A stretch of 64,000 nucleotides of DNA from a virus, in IMG/VR virus record IMGVR_UViG_3300037346_000623, positions 32,001-96,000 of that record. The stretch is one strand, 5' to 3'. The position numbers were made by a program, and so were the translations under genes. Shown here one piece after another: positions 40,753-52,131 of this stretch; the first letter of the stretch is position 1, and each line of letters opens with the position of its first letter. The notes beneath the pieces were generated by a model. The model had not been told where the DNA came from, ran no database searches, and worked only from the letters and a program-made list of their open reading frames with translations.

Positions 40753-41679
40753 TTATAGTCTAACTTTTGGATAGTTTTCATTGAACCACGATATGGATTT
40801 TCTAAGTCCATCCTTCATGTGGGTAAATTCAAAATCAGGAAACATATTTTTTATTATATAATTATCGCTCGGCTTCCTGTATTGTCCATCTGGTTTAGAT
40901 TCATCAAATATAATTTCTCCATCATATTCCATTATATCAGCAATCATTTCAACTACTGAACCTATGGATATTTCCTCCGATGTTGATAATATAACCGGAT
41001 CAGATCCGTCGTAATTATCATAGAGTAATTTTGTTAATTTTGCAACATCCTCGGAGAATATAAATTCTCTTAATGGTTTACCTGATCCCCAAACCTTAAA
41101 TTCAGTATTGTTCTTTTTTGCAAGATGCATCCTATGGATAAGCATTGGTATAACATGACCTGATTCCAGATTATAATTATCGCTAGGACCATAAATATTA
41201 CATGGTATTACACTAAAATAATTTACGCCATACTGTTCCCTGTATGCTTTTATTTGTATGTCTGCCATTCTTTTTGCATAAGCGTATGCATAATTTGATG
41301 AATGTGGAGGACCAAGATGTATTTTATCCGGTGATAATGGGTATTCGACATTATCTGGAAAAACGCAGGTTGATAGAAATGCTATGAATTTTTTTATACC
41401 AAATTTTCTTGCTGATTCTATTATTGCAGTGTTCATTGAAATGTTCTCGTAAAAGAACTGTCCTTGTCCATTCATATTCCCTTGTATGCCTCCCACTTTT
41501 GCTGCACAATGAATTATTCCTTCCGGTAGATCCCCATTTTTTTCCGACCAGTAAAAATGATCGTCTATGTATTTTTGATTGATTAGGTTTAGATCCCCTG
41601 AACCAATTCTTTCATATTCTTCACCCTTAAATTGTGAACCAACTAGGCCATATGCTCCAGTTACTAGTATTTTTCCCAT
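40753..41679 (-). CDS. fcl: GDP-L-fucose synthase
   Basis: VTGAYGLVG, AAKVGGI, STCVFP, YAYAKR, NIYGP.DN, WGSGKPLREFI, KPDGQ. Confidence 0.93.
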   Translation of the reverse strand: MGKILVTGAYGLVGSQFKGEEYERIGSGDLNLINQKYIDDHFYWSEKNGDLPEGIIHCAAKVGGIQGNMNGQGQFFYENISMNTAIIESARKFGIKKFIAFLSTCVFPDNVEYPLSPDKIHLGPPHSSNYAYAYAKRMADIQIKAYREQYGVNYFSVIPCNIYGPSDNYNLESGHVIPMLIHRMHLAKKNNTEFKVWGSGKPLREFIFSEDVAKLTKLLYDNYDGSDPVILSTSEEISIGSVVEMIADIMEYDGEIIFDESKPDGQYRKPSDNYIIKNMFPDFEFTHMKDGLRKSISWFNENYPKVRL

Positions 41680-42492
41680 TTACATTTTTTTATATTTTCT
41701 TATATAATCCTGATTTGTATAATATTCGAGCGTTTCGTGCATATTTAATGTTTCCAGATGATTATAGACATCCCAATTTTCACGGAAGAAATTATTAGCT
41801 GGACTGCTATCATTTCCTCTATGATGTTCTAGGTGATATACCATAAAATGATCTACCCATCTTACATCAAGACCGAGTTTAATAAATCTTTTCCCCCTCT
41901 CCTTATCTTCAGGCCCATATGATATGAAGTTTTCATTTTCACCTCCATATTTCCTATATGAATTACTATTAAAGAATATGCAATGGCCATATTCGCTGTA
42001 GCAGTCATAAAATAATGATGTATCAGAATCTATATAATCTAGATTTAGATCATTATCAAATAGATTCCCGTGTATGTTTGGTGTTTGTATAACTGCTCTT
42101 TGCGTCAGGCCTCCAAATGAATATGGATATATTACATCCGCATTTTCTTCCATTATCATTCTGACCGATTCTATATACACATTCGGATGCATTAGAACAT
42201 CTATATCATAATTAGCAACCACTGGGGTTTCCACAGAATCCAACATTATATTTAAGTATTTTGTTCTATGAAAAGCTTCTTCTGGTTTTTCTATCCAATG
42301 TTTTATTTCTATATTTTTAAGTGTATCTAGAAAATCCAATCTGGATCCTCTATCTGATATCTCATAAATAAAAACATTTGTATTAAAATTTTTATTTATG
42401 TAATTTAAAACAGTTTTTGCATTATTATACCTGTCCCGATGTTCTATTAATATTGGTATAATAATAGTACAATTTTTTAAATCCCTAACCAT
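41680..42492 (-). CDS. GT-A fold glycosyltransferase (GT2/GT7-like)
   Basis: IIIP, NYDIDV, GGENENFISYGPEDKE, YHLEH. Confidence 0.8.
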   Translation of the reverse strand: MVRDLKNCTIIIPILIEHRDRYNNAKTVLNYINKNFNTNVFIYEISDRGSRLDFLDTLKNIEIKHWIEKPEEAFHRTKYLNIMLDSVETPVVANYDIDVLMHPNVYIESVRMIMEENADVIYPYSFGGLTQRAVIQTPNIHGNLFDNDLNLDYIDSDTSLFYDCYSEYGHCIFFNSNSYRKYGGENENFISYGPEDKERGKRFIKLGLDVRWVDHFMVYHLEHHRGNDSSPANNFFRENWDVYNHLETLNMHETLEYYTNQDYIRKYKKM

Positions 42493-43201
42493 TTCTTAAT
42501 TCTTTTTTTTTATCTTCCCCACCTTTATCAAGAAAAACTATTGTTGGACTATTTCCATGCTCATATTCACTCGGGCAGGAAAATCCCATACCTAATATTC
42601 TATCTGGCTTATTGTCCATGAAGTATTTATTTAGATGTGATTCGTCATGCCATATAGCTATTATACCCTTCTCGAGATCCAGATCTATATTTTTACTAAT
42701 TTTTTCAGCCATTTCTATAAATGATTTTGAATCACCACCAAAAAATCCACCGCAATAATAATTTTCATTTGCTCCTCTTTTTATAAATGCCTTTGAGTTC
42801 GGATTTCTTTCTGGTGTTCCCTGAGGGTTCCATGATATTAGAATAAATCCTGGATGTAGAGTTCCTATAGTTCCTTTATCGTTGATTATCATATCTGATA
42901 GAGGAAGCTGTTTTCTAAATATACTATCAACATCTATATAGAATGAAAAATCGGATTTTTCTATTTTTTCTCTACCTGAAAGAAAATAATGAAATCTTTT
43001 TAATGTTGGCATTGGCCAAGGTTCGCTAGATATTTGAACCTTTTCTATATCAGGGGAATCTATAATATCCTGAGAATCTGTGTATATTATAAAACTTAAT
43101 TTACAATCATTAACAAACATATCTCTAGCTGATTGAATAATACCTTCGAGAAATAACGTATATTTATTTGTTGCTATAAGATTTAGCGTAACTTTTTTCA
43201 T
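42485..43201 (-). CDS. GT6 family glycosyltransferase (ABO/alpha-1,3-Gal/GalNAc-transferase-like)
   Basis: IATNKY, WPMPTLKRF, YIDVD, LHPGF, YYCGGFFGG, AIWHDESHLNKY. Confidence 0.9.
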   Translation of the reverse strand: MKKVTLNLIATNKYTLFLEGIIQSARDMFVNDCKLSFIIYTDSQDIIDSPDIEKVQISSEPWPMPTLKRFHYFLSGREKIEKSDFSFYIDVDSIFRKQLPLSDMIINDKGTIGTLHPGFILISWNPQGTPERNPNSKAFIKRGANENYYCGGFFGGDSKSFIEMAEKISKNIDLDLEKGIIAIWHDESHLNKYFMDNKPDRILGMGFSCPSEYEHGNSPTIVFLDKGGEDKKKELRNG

Positions 43202-43231
43202 TTATTTTGTCCTTATATAATTTATTTCGAT

Positions 43232-43862
43232 TTAGATTGCAAATATCATTCCCCACATTTCCTGCCTATATTCATCCAATTTTCCAATCTCGTCTTTTAT
43301 TTTTAAATTGTCGACATAGTCACTTTTCTCTGGAATGAATGTATAATTATCATCATATTTTATATAAAATTTACTATATCCAACATTTGTTAAGTGATCT
43401 ACGGATTCAAGAATTTCAGATTTTAGTTCTTCTGCCCATTCGAATGCTATCAGGCCTTGATATTTTCTGATACCCTTTATTACTACCATTTCGTATCCTT
43501 CAACGTCTATTTTTATATAGTCAGAATCTCCATATATTTCAATAAGTGTATCTAGTGATATTGTTTCTACTGTTATTGGTTCTCTGTATCCAATAGTGGA
43601 GAATCTGGAGTAATTTGTCCATTTTTCTGATGCTGTTGATATTGTATTAGTATCGCAAATATAGAAATTGGTATTAATACCATCTAAATCTGATAGGCAT
43701 TTACCTACTATTTTAATTTTTTCATTATTCCCAAACTTATCCTTTAGTATATCAACTAGTTCAGGGTTTGCCTCTACCATTATAATTTCACAGTCTGCGT
43801 ATTGTTGCAAGATCGCTTCAGTGAAATTTCCTAGATTTGCACCTATATCATATATTCTCATA
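43232..43862 (-). CDS. FkbM family methyltransferase
   Basis: MRIYDIGANLG, VEANP, IKIDVEGYE. Likely start at MRIYD rather than the track start. Confidence 0.85.
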
Positions 43863-43865
43863 TTC

Positions 43866-44489
43866 TCATTTTTTAATATAAAGGGCATCGCCCCATTCGA
43901 ATTCAGTCATCTGTGTTTCTACCCTTATAAATCCAAATTCTTCTAGATATAGATCGATATCGGATAATAGAGCACAATCTACATACAGTTTTTCAGTGTT
44001 TATTTCTGTGTAAATATATTTAATGTTATTCAGTAGATTACCAAACCCCTTTAATGCAAGTAATTCTGCTCCCTGTATATCAATATTTAAGAAATCATAC
44101 TTTTCAATATTTATTAAATTTTCCTTTATTAGAGAATCCATCCTTTTTGTCTTCATGTCTATTATTTCACTTACATAGATATGGGGATGGTGTATTTTAT
44201 GTTTACCTAGTTCTAATATTGATGAGGATTGCCCATTATTTGTTATGTTGAATTTTATTACATCATCATCATTATCTGATATTGCTGAATTAAATATTAG
44301 CTCCTCTGAATCTGTACCTAATATCTCATGAAGAGACAAAGAGATTTTAGGGTTTGCCTCAATCCATATTGTATTATTAAGACCATTAGAAAGATAATCA
44401 TGTCTTTCCTCCATTAGATGTGCTCCTATATGAATTACACCCTTTGGCTTCCCGTATTTATTAACTATGTCGTTAAATTTTATTAACAT
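43866..44489 (-). CDS. FkbM family methyltransferase
   Basis: IHIGAH, WIEANP, NNGQSSSIL, LNIDIQGAEL, WGDALY. Confidence 0.85.
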   Translation of the reverse strand: MLIKFNDIVNKYGKPKGVIHIGAHLMEERHDYLSNGLNNTIWIEANPKISLSLHEILGTDSEELIFNSAISDNDDDVIKFNITNNGQSSSILELGKHKIHHPHIYVSEIIDMKTKRMDSLIKENLINIEKYDFLNIDIQGAELLALKGFGNLLNNIKYIYTEINTEKLYVDCALLSDIDLYLEEFGFIRVETQMTEFEWGDALYIKK

Positions 44490-44499
44490 ATTTTTTATA

Positions 44500-45195
44500 T
44501 TATTTTTTTATCTGGTATAAGTATTTATTTTTATTTAAGATGTCCTGAATTGTAAACGGAAGCTGCTTTGCATTAAAATTACTTTTTGAGTGGATCCTAT
44601 GGGAAACCAGGATTTTTTGTATATTATGAAAGGTTTTATTTTTTTTTGATAACCTTATCCAGAAATCAAAATCCTCCATCCCCTCTACCGTTTCATCCCA
44701 CCCACCTATTTCAATCGCATCTGAAGTTCTGAATAAAGATGAAGAATTTATTATTTGATTATGTCCCAATGAAAACCCGCTCCTTATTTCGATGTCATTC
44801 TGATCTAAATATAGAGCGTTTGTTCTGTTATTATCTATATCTATATAATATGCCAGCGTACCAATTACATCAAAATCTTCGCATATTTCAATTTGTAATT
44901 TTAGTTTATTTTTTTCCCATAAATCATCACCATCTATTAATGAAATATATTTTGTATCTACGATAGATAATAATTTATTTAACGTTTTTGCCTTTCCTTT
45001 ATCTTTCCCATAATCTATTATATTAAATCTGTTGTCATCTCCAATTAGAAATTTTGCTATTTCCCTGCTGGAGTCTATGGTTCCATTAAATGCTATTAGA
45101 CATTTGTAATCAACGAAGTCCTGATTCAATATGCTTTTAATTGTATATGCCAGAAATTCTTCATCATTATAAACAGGTAGTAGTATTGTTATCAT
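44500..45195 (-). CDS. GT2 family glycosyltransferase
   Basis: ILLPVYN, SILNQ, IDGDD, EDFDFWIR. Confidence 0.88.
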   Translation of the reverse strand: MITILLPVYNDEEFLAYTIKSILNQDFVDYKCLIAFNGTIDSSREIAKFLIGDDNRFNIIDYGKDKGKAKTLNKLLSIVDTKYISLIDGDDLWEKNKLKLQIEICEDFDVIGTLAYYIDIDNNRTNALYLDQNDIEIRSGFSLGHNQIINSSSLFRTSDAIEIGGWDETVEGMEDFDFWIRLSKKNKTFHNIQKILVSHRIHSKSNFNAKQLPFTIQDILNKNKYLYQIKK

Positions 45196-45198
45196 AAT

Positions 45199-45993
45199 TT
45201 ATATGATGATCCAATTTTTACAATATACGTCGCTTGGATCCTTCTGCATATATGGTCCAAACCAATTTGATGGGGCTATTGTTTTTTTACTGTTTGCTAG
45301 CCAAGAACCCCACCAGCTAAATGAACTATTTGCTATTATGTGGCCATAGCACAGTGACATTAAATACATATCAATATAGGGACTTCCTGATTCAATTATT
45401 ATTGAATTATTTATAGATAGATTTTGTCTGCACCATTCAGGATCATCAGAAAATATATAGAAATTTGAATTTGCATCGAAGTGTTTCATTGCCTCTGTGT
45501 AATATTCCACTGTCTGCGTAGGATGATGCCCAGGTGAAGTTAAATAATCTCCTCTTCTGACATGGATAGACACACCATTTTCTATTTTTATATAATTTTT
45601 CGAATTTTCTATTATATTGTCTCTGAATGTAAAAATTTCTTTTATTTCTGGCTCTATAAAATTGAAATATTTTTCAGTTTGAAAATATCCAGATAATGAA
45701 GTCGAATCTGGTAACATCTCTGTTTGATGATTAAACACAAAATCATTTTCATAATATATGTGATTTATTGGTATTTCCCCACCGGGTTTTATTAGATTTT
45801 TTGGTATATTAAAACATTCCAATAATTTACAGCCGTCATATGAATTTGAATCTAATCCTTGTTGGAATTTTTCTTCTGGAAAAACTGGATCGAATCCAAG
45901 TTTTCTAGCTATTCCCACTGTTGAAGCAAATTGAAACATTTGGTTACCAAATCTTCCCATATGTCCAATATTATTAAAAGTTATCATAATCAA
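45199..45993 (-). CDS. GT11 alpha-1,2-fucosyltransferase
   Basis: GRFGNQMFQ, GYFQTEKYF, SIHVRRGDY, FSDD, IANSSFSWW. Confidence 0.92.
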   Translation of the reverse strand: MIMITFNNIGHMGRFGNQMFQFASTVGIARKLGFDPVFPEEKFQQGLDSNSYDGCKLLECFNIPKNLIKPGGEIPINHIYYENDFVFNHQTEMLPDSTSLSGYFQTEKYFNFIEPEIKEIFTFRDNIIENSKNYIKIENGVSIHVRRGDYLTSPGHHPTQTVEYYTEAMKHFDANSNFYIFSDDPEWCRQNLSINNSIIIESGSPYIDMYLMSLCYGHIIANSSFSWWGSWLANSKKTIAPSNWFGPYMQKDPSDVYCKNWIII

Positions 45994-46083
45994 TTATTTT
46001 TAATTTTACTCATTTTTATTAGTTTTGTTCCGTTTTAACGGAACAAAAAGTTATAAATAATCTAAAAATATAAAAGTGAAGTT

Positions 46084-46740
46084 ATGAAAAAATTATCAGT
46101 CGTTGTTCCATATAGAGATAGGGAAAATCATCTCAAACAATTTATACCATATATGGAAAAATGGTTAACTAATGAAGAAATTCAATTTGAAATAATAATA
46201 GTGAATCAATCTGACGATAAGGGATTTAATAGAGCAAAGCTTTTAAATATAGGATTTAAAGAAACTGAGAATTGTGATTATCACGTTTTTCATGATGTTG
46301 ATATGCTTCCGACAGATTCTGACTATGATTATACTGATGGGCCTACACATCTAGCTTCACAGGCTGAACAATTTGGCTATAAGCTTCCTTATGATGGTTA
46401 CTTCGGCGGTGTTACCATTTTCGACAAACCTAGCTTTGTTAAAATAAATGGATATTCTAATGATTATTGGGGATGGGGAGCAGAGGATGATGATGTATTA
46501 TATAGATGTTCAATAATGGGAATTCAGATCTATAGAAAACAATGCAAATATAAATCTTTAGATCACGAAAGAAACATAGAGCATGATCCTTACATGAAAA
46601 ATATCAATAAATTAAATACCTTTATTAATAGTGCTTCCGAGGAATCTATAATGAATGACGGACTAACAAATTTAAAATATAATAAAATAGATGATAAAAT
46701 GCTAACCAAACACACTAGATTTATAACCGTGGATATCTAA
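46084..46740 (+). CDS. GT7 beta-1,4-galactosyltransferase-like protein
   Basis: VPYRDRENHL, FNRAKLLNIGF, FHDVDMLP, YFGGV, INGYSNDYWGWGAEDDD. Confidence 0.9.
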   Translation: MKKLSVVVPYRDRENHLKQFIPYMEKWLTNEEIQFEIIIVNQSDDKGFNRAKLLNIGFKETENCDYHVFHDVDMLPTDSDYDYTDGPTHLASQAEQFGYKLPYDGYFGGVTIFDKPSFVKINGYSNDYWGWGAEDDDVLYRCSIMGIQIYRKQCKYKSLDHERNIEHDPYMKNINKLNTFINSASEESIMNDGLTNLKYNKIDDKMLTKHTRFITVDI

Positions 46741-46958
46741 AAATTGCTCTTGAGATCACTAAGAACCCTATCCACTGTATTTTTTAGATGCTCCATATTT
46801 TTACTTAGCATTTCTGGATCATCATTTTTCAATAAATAGCTTATTGTTTCTAGCGATCCTAATGAATATGCTATTCTACTTTTAAGTATAGAGTTTTCTA
46901 TTAATAACTCTGTTGTTCCTTTTGTTCCTTTATTTTCATCGTCTGGAAATATACACAT
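46737..46958 (-). CDS. Small hypothetical protein
   Basis: 73-aa ORF converging on the GT7 gene. Confidence 0.4.
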   Translation of the reverse strand: MCIFPDDENKGTKGTTELLIENSILKSRIAYSLGSLETISYLLKNDDPEMLSKNMEHLKNTVDRVLSDLKSNF

Positions 46959-47010
46959 CTTATTTTATTTTTATGATATATAATCCAAATCGGAAAAAAA
47001 TCAAAAATCA

Positions 47011-47042
47011 AAAAAAAGCCTAGATATTATCTAGGCTTTTTT
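47011..47042. terminator. Bidirectional intrinsic terminator
   Basis: AAAAAAAGCCTAGAT-ATT-ATCTAGGCTTTTTT. Confidence 0.8.
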
Positions 47043-47045
47043 GTG

Positions 47046-49139
47046 CTATTTCTTTTTTGTTGTCACCCTGACTTTTACTGGTGGCTGTATTCCACCATCC
47101 TTGGGTTTGTCAAATGATAAAGTTATCGTATCACCTTCTGATATTTTTGTTTGTACCATTAAATCCGCTAGTGTGTCCTCTATATACTTCTGTATTATTC
47201 TCTTTAATGGTCTAGCTCCAAATTTTGGATTAAATCCATCCTCACATATCTTTTCTTTAAGATCCTGTGAAACCTTTATTTTATAGCCAAGTGATTCTAT
47301 TCTTGACAGGGTTTTTGTTAATTCAACATCAAGAATATCAAGCATGTTTTCCTTACCAAGTTCCTTAAAGTAAATAATATCATCCAATCTATTTATGAAT
47401 TCAGGTGAGAATTTTTTTTCAAGCTCTTTTTTAAGAAGTGCTTCATTTTCGAATTCTTTATTTGCTGATTTTGCCGATGTTATAAATCCACTACTTGTAC
47501 CAAACTCTGATAATTTTCTTTGTCCGACATTTGATGTTAGAATAATTAGTGTATTTTTAAAATTTATTTTTCTTCCCTGTCCATCTGTTAAATGACCCTC
47601 GTCCAATATTTGTAAAAGAGTATTAAATATCTCCGGGTGTGCCTTTTCGATCTCGTCGAATAATACAATTGAATATGGTTTTCTTCTGACCTTTTCTGTT
47701 AATTGCCCACCGTCCTCGTGACCAACATATCCTGGGGGTGCACCAAACATTTTGGTTGCATCAAACTTTTCACCATATTCACTCATGTCGATTCTTATTA
47801 ATGAATCGCTTTCGCCAAACATATGTTTAGCAAGTTCCTTCGCTAATTGGGTTTTACCAACCCCAGTAGGACCAAGAAAAAGAAACGTTCCTATTGGCTT
47901 ATTTGGATCCTTTATTCCCATTCTATTTCTTAAAACTGCTCTTGATACTTTTTCTATTGCATCATCTTGCCCAATAACTCTGCCTTTAAGATCAGTACTC
48001 ATATTAGCAAGCTTAAAGTTTTCGTCCTGATTTACTTTTTTAAGTGGTACACCTGACATCATAGCTACTACCTCAGCAACCCTTTCCCCGTCAACAGTTT
48101 TCTTTTTACCTTTAAACTTTGCCTCCCAAAGTTTTATTTCTGATTCAAGTGACACCTCTGTATGTCTTTGTAGATCTCTATATTTTGCTGCTCCCTCGTA
48201 ATCTTGCTTTTTAACTGCAAGACTCTTATCGATTGCTATTTGTGATAGATTTTTTTCCAGCCTTGTTATTGTCTCCGGTACTTTAACGTCGTTTAGCTGG
48301 GTTCTACTGCCTGCTTCGTCTAATGCATCTAAAGCCTTATCCGGGAAGTTACGATCTGTTATATAGCGTTCTGTGAGCTTTACGCAATTGATTATGGCAT
48401 CATCCGTGTACTTTACGTTGTGATGATCCTCATATTTGGATTTTACGCTGTTTAAAATTTCTATTGTTGTTTCTATATCCGGTGGATTTACAAGTACCTT
48501 CTGAAATCTTCTCTCTAGTGCACCATCTTTCTCAATATGTTGACGATATTCATTAAGTGTTGTTGCACCGATGCATTGTATCTCCCCTCTAGCTAATGCA
48601 GGCTTAAACATATTCGATGCATCAAGTGATCCTGATGATCCGCCTGCACCAATAATAGTATGTAGCTCGTCGATAAAAATAATAATGTCTCTATTCTTTT
48701 TAAGCTCATCTATAATCGCTTTAATTCTCTCCTCGAACTGTCCTCTATATTTAGTTCCGGCTACTAGTGAACCCATATCTAGGGTTAGAATTCTTTTGTT
48801 CAGTAGGGTTTGAGAAACCTTTCTCTGAACTATTTTTAGAGCTAATCCCTCAGCTATTGCTGATTTACCAACACCTGGTTCCCCTATGAGAACCGGATTA
48901 TTTTTTTTCCTCCTTGAAAGTATTTGTGATATTCTTTCAATCTCTGGATCCCTGCCTATAATAGGATCGAGTTCCCCTCTTGATGCCATATCTGTTAGAT
49001 CGGTGGAATGTGAGTCCAGTATTGGTGTTTTATCTGTACCTTTTTTAGACTTATATTCGCTTTGGTAATCCTCATCTCCTCCTCCTGTGTATTGGTCCAT
49101 TGACGGTGAGATTTTCTTTTTGTAGTCTTCTTTTTTCAT
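47046..49139 (-). CDS. ClpC-like AAA+ chaperone lacking the N-terminal Clp repeat domain
   Basis: LDPIIGR, RRKKNNP, GEPGVGKS, UVR-like QDYEGAAKYRD, GPTGVGKT, RIDMSEY, FGARPL. Confidence 0.9.
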   Translation of the reverse strand: MKKEDYKKKISPSMDQYTGGGDEDYQSEYKSKKGTDKTPILDSHSTDLTDMASRGELDPIIGRDPEIERISQILSRRKKNNPVLIGEPGVGKSAIAEGLALKIVQRKVSQTLLNKRILTLDMGSLVAGTKYRGQFEERIKAIIDELKKNRDIIIFIDELHTIIGAGGSSGSLDASNMFKPALARGEIQCIGATTLNEYRQHIEKDGALERRFQKVLVNPPDIETTIEILNSVKSKYEDHHNVKYTDDAIINCVKLTERYITDRNFPDKALDALDEAGSRTQLNDVKVPETITRLEKNLSQIAIDKSLAVKKQDYEGAAKYRDLQRHTEVSLESEIKLWEAKFKGKKKTVDGERVAEVVAMMSGVPLKKVNQDENFKLANMSTDLKGRVIGQDDAIEKVSRAVLRNRMGIKDPNKPIGTFLFLGPTGVGKTQLAKELAKHMFGESDSLIRIDMSEYGEKFDATKMFGAPPGYVGHEDGGQLTEKVRRKPYSIVLFDEIEKAHPEIFNTLLQILDEGHLTDGQGRKINFKNTLIILTSNVGQRKLSEFGTSSGFITSAKSANKEFENEALLKKELEKKFSPEFINRLDDIIYFKELGKENMLDILDVELTKTLSRIESLGYKIKVSQDLKEKICEDGFNPKFGARPLKRIIQKYIEDTLADLMVQTKISEGDTITLSFDKPKDGGIQPPVKVRVTTKKK

Positions 49140-49282
49140 AAAAAATTTTATCCTTTATTTTATGCAAATATAGAATAAAATTTCGGAAAATTAAAATAAT
49201 TTTATGGATAATATTTTGATTATTTATTTTTCTTGATATAAAAAGAAATAGCGGCATTTAATTTATATATTCAGTCCTATTT

Positions 49283-51696
49283 TTATTCGTTAATATTTTT
49301 AATTGTTAATATATTTGATCCGTCATAATACGAAAGTCTATTTGTACCGTTCGAATTTTTGAATATGGTATTATTTGCTATTGTATAAACTATTGGCATA
49401 TCACTAATGCCAGATATAGTAATTGCTAAATCTGCAGCATTGCCCATAAATTGTGAGGCACTAATAACAATCTCATCACCTATATTATAGCCATATCCTC
49501 TGTTATCTACATTAACCAAGGTCACAATACCATTTGAAATTGTTATCTCGAAATTTGCGTTGTTACCCTGACCTGTTGTTGAGGTTTGAATAACTGTGTA
49601 AATGTTATCCCCAGATAAAGACGTTGGTGTTGTGTTTGTAAATGTATCAATGTTACCTAAATTAGTTGTAAAATCAATATTATTAACATCATAAGCTTTA
49701 ATATCATTTGATTGAAAATAATCTCCAACCGTATTATTTCTAAATAAATCTTCTATTGTGTTACTCCAAAAGTTCTCTCCTATTTCATTATTAAAAAAAC
49801 TATTTTTAATTACATTACCCCTAGATTCATCACCATCATAGCCAAATCCATTACTGATAGTATTACCAAAAAAATCATCACCTATGGTGCTAAATGAAAA
49901 TGAACCATTTATAAGATTAAACATAAACGTATTACCTATGTTGTTACTAAATATAGAACCAGAAAAGAAATTATTTGTTATATCGGATCCGATATTATTT
50001 TTTAAAAAAGATGATGATATTTCATTATATGCAAAATTAAACTTTATTTTATTATTGGTGAAGTTTTGTAAAATGGTATTACCCTCAAACCCATCCATAA
50101 TTTCATTACTAATAAAAATATAGTTATCAATATTATTTGAATCACCAATAGTATTTGTGTTAAATTGATTACCAATTTGATTGCTTGAAACCCCATTATA
50201 TACAGAATTTTGATAGAATTGGTTTAATATATTATTATCTGTAAAGTTGGTGATTATCGTATTATTTTGAAAATTTGCACCGATGTTATTCTGATAGAAA
50301 CTACCACTATTAATATTAACCGAATCTCCTATTATATTATTTTCAAAATATTCGCTAATTATATTATTATTAAAATTATTATATATTGAATTATTTTTAA
50401 ATTCGTTGGTGATTAGATTATCGTAAACCTCCGGATATAAATTATTACTAATAAACATATTTCCGATATTATTTTTATAGAAATCACTATAAATTTTATT
50501 ATCCTGAAATTGTACTCCTATTATATTATTTTGAAACGCTGAATTTATGAAATTGTTATTGAAATCGTCGCTAATGTTATTACTATTAAACTCACCTTTA
50601 ATTATATTGTTATAGAAATAAGTACTGATAATATTATTAACACAATAACCATTAAATGTGTTATTATATGAAAGCTCCCCTATTTTATTATTCAAACATG
50701 GTCCCGCTAGAAAAACGTTATTTGATAATAGGAAATATCCTGCATTTTCAGCAAGGTATATATTAGAATAGTTTCCGATGTAATTATTTATAGCGTTCGT
50801 ATTATTTATAGCATCCCCGAATGTTGTGCTCTCTATAAAATCATTAATATCAAAATTTGGTTGGTGATGATTAATATATCCGTCCGAATCTGCCGTGTAA
50901 TATTTTGAAGGTCCTGTGTTGAAAATTGACTCATTCGATATGGTTGCTGTGAAATCATCATCGATACTAACAACTTTAAAAAATAATTCGCTGTTATCGA
51001 TTCCTATTATTTGATTTGGAACTAGATCGCTAGTAAATGTTGTATCTGTACCTGTAAGTGTGTATCCATCGATATTAACCAAACCATTTAATTGATATGA
51101 CTTAGAATACCCCTGATACCTTTTAAATAAGATTGTCCTGTGATCGTAATCTGTTCTATTACTGAACTCGTCAATTCTTTCTGTTATCCTACCATATGCA
51201 GTTCCGTTCGGTTAAACGAAATATCATAAGCAATCTTATCCTTCGGATGATTCGGTTGGTAAGCATCAAGCGCCAAAGTACTTGGTGATGTTGCTAATAC
51301 TAAGATTGGCTCAATGCTTGCTGTTTTATAATTACCTGTTAGAATTGGATTTTTATTATAATCAAAATCTGGCTGATCGTAACAGGTTTGAAAATCTGTT
51401 ATTAAATAATACGAACCAGAAATAAGCACATTCATATCAACTGCTAAGGATATTTGTGAATATGTCATCTCTATTACCCCCTGACCCGCTTGTCCTGTAG
51501 GACCCGCTTGTCCTGTAGGACCCTCTTGTCCTGTAACCCCTGAATAATATGGAAGTTGCGACCACGGGGTTTGTCCATCACCCATCTTGAATTTTCTAGA
51601 GTCCATCTCATATCAGGGTTCACCTGACATCAATACTGGATCGTTATAATTCCAATTTTGTGATAGATCTCTTCTGAGTAGTATTCTATATGGCAT
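49283..51696 (-). pseudogene. Disrupted tail-fibre/adhesin gene (Mtd-N/hyaluronidase-type anchor + collagen-like + Asn-rich beta-helix repeats)
   Basis: ATG 51696 gives [10 protein letters not shown]...SGEP*YEMD, with TGA at 51613-51615 where the paralog has G. A frameshift near 51205 joins ORF 51184..51606 to GTAYGRITERIDEF..., which is continuous with ORF 49283..51082. Confidence 0.8.
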
Positions 51697-51957
51697 ATTG
51701 CTATATTATTTATACTTATATATCAATATATTTGCACACAAACAGGAACCCAGAGAAGCTCATTTTTAATAAAATATATCTTTACCTGCACTAGTGCAAC
51801 TGTTATTATACATAATTAAATTAATTAGTAAAAATACAACTGTAATTTTTATACTTTCTTCCATAAATAGTTTTGTTTTAAATTGATAGTTAAAAATAAT
51901 ACAAAAAACCCACAAATAAAAATTTGTGGGTACAAAGTTATTAACAAAAGTTATATG

Positions 51958-52128
51958 TTAGGTAAAATTTGCTAAAGTATAGCCTAATCGAATTTCTTCG
52001 GCTGTTCCGTAATATTCTTCTATTATGCAATCTTCATCATTTCTCCAGTAGGAAATAGTTTGCCGGTTTATTAAAGTTCCATCTATTTCAACTTGATAGC
52101 CATTAATCTGATAAATAAAATTGTACAT
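51958..52128 (-). CDS. Small hypothetical protein (56 aa) after the tail-fibre genes
   Basis: MYNFIYQINGYQVEIDG...ANFT*. Starts 3 nt after the upstream stop; terminator-like hairpin at about 51905-51930. Confidence 0.45.
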   Translation of the reverse strand: MYNFIYQINGYQVEIDGTLINRQTISYWRNDEDCIIEEYYGTAEEIRLGYTLANFT

Positions 52129-52131
52129 GGT

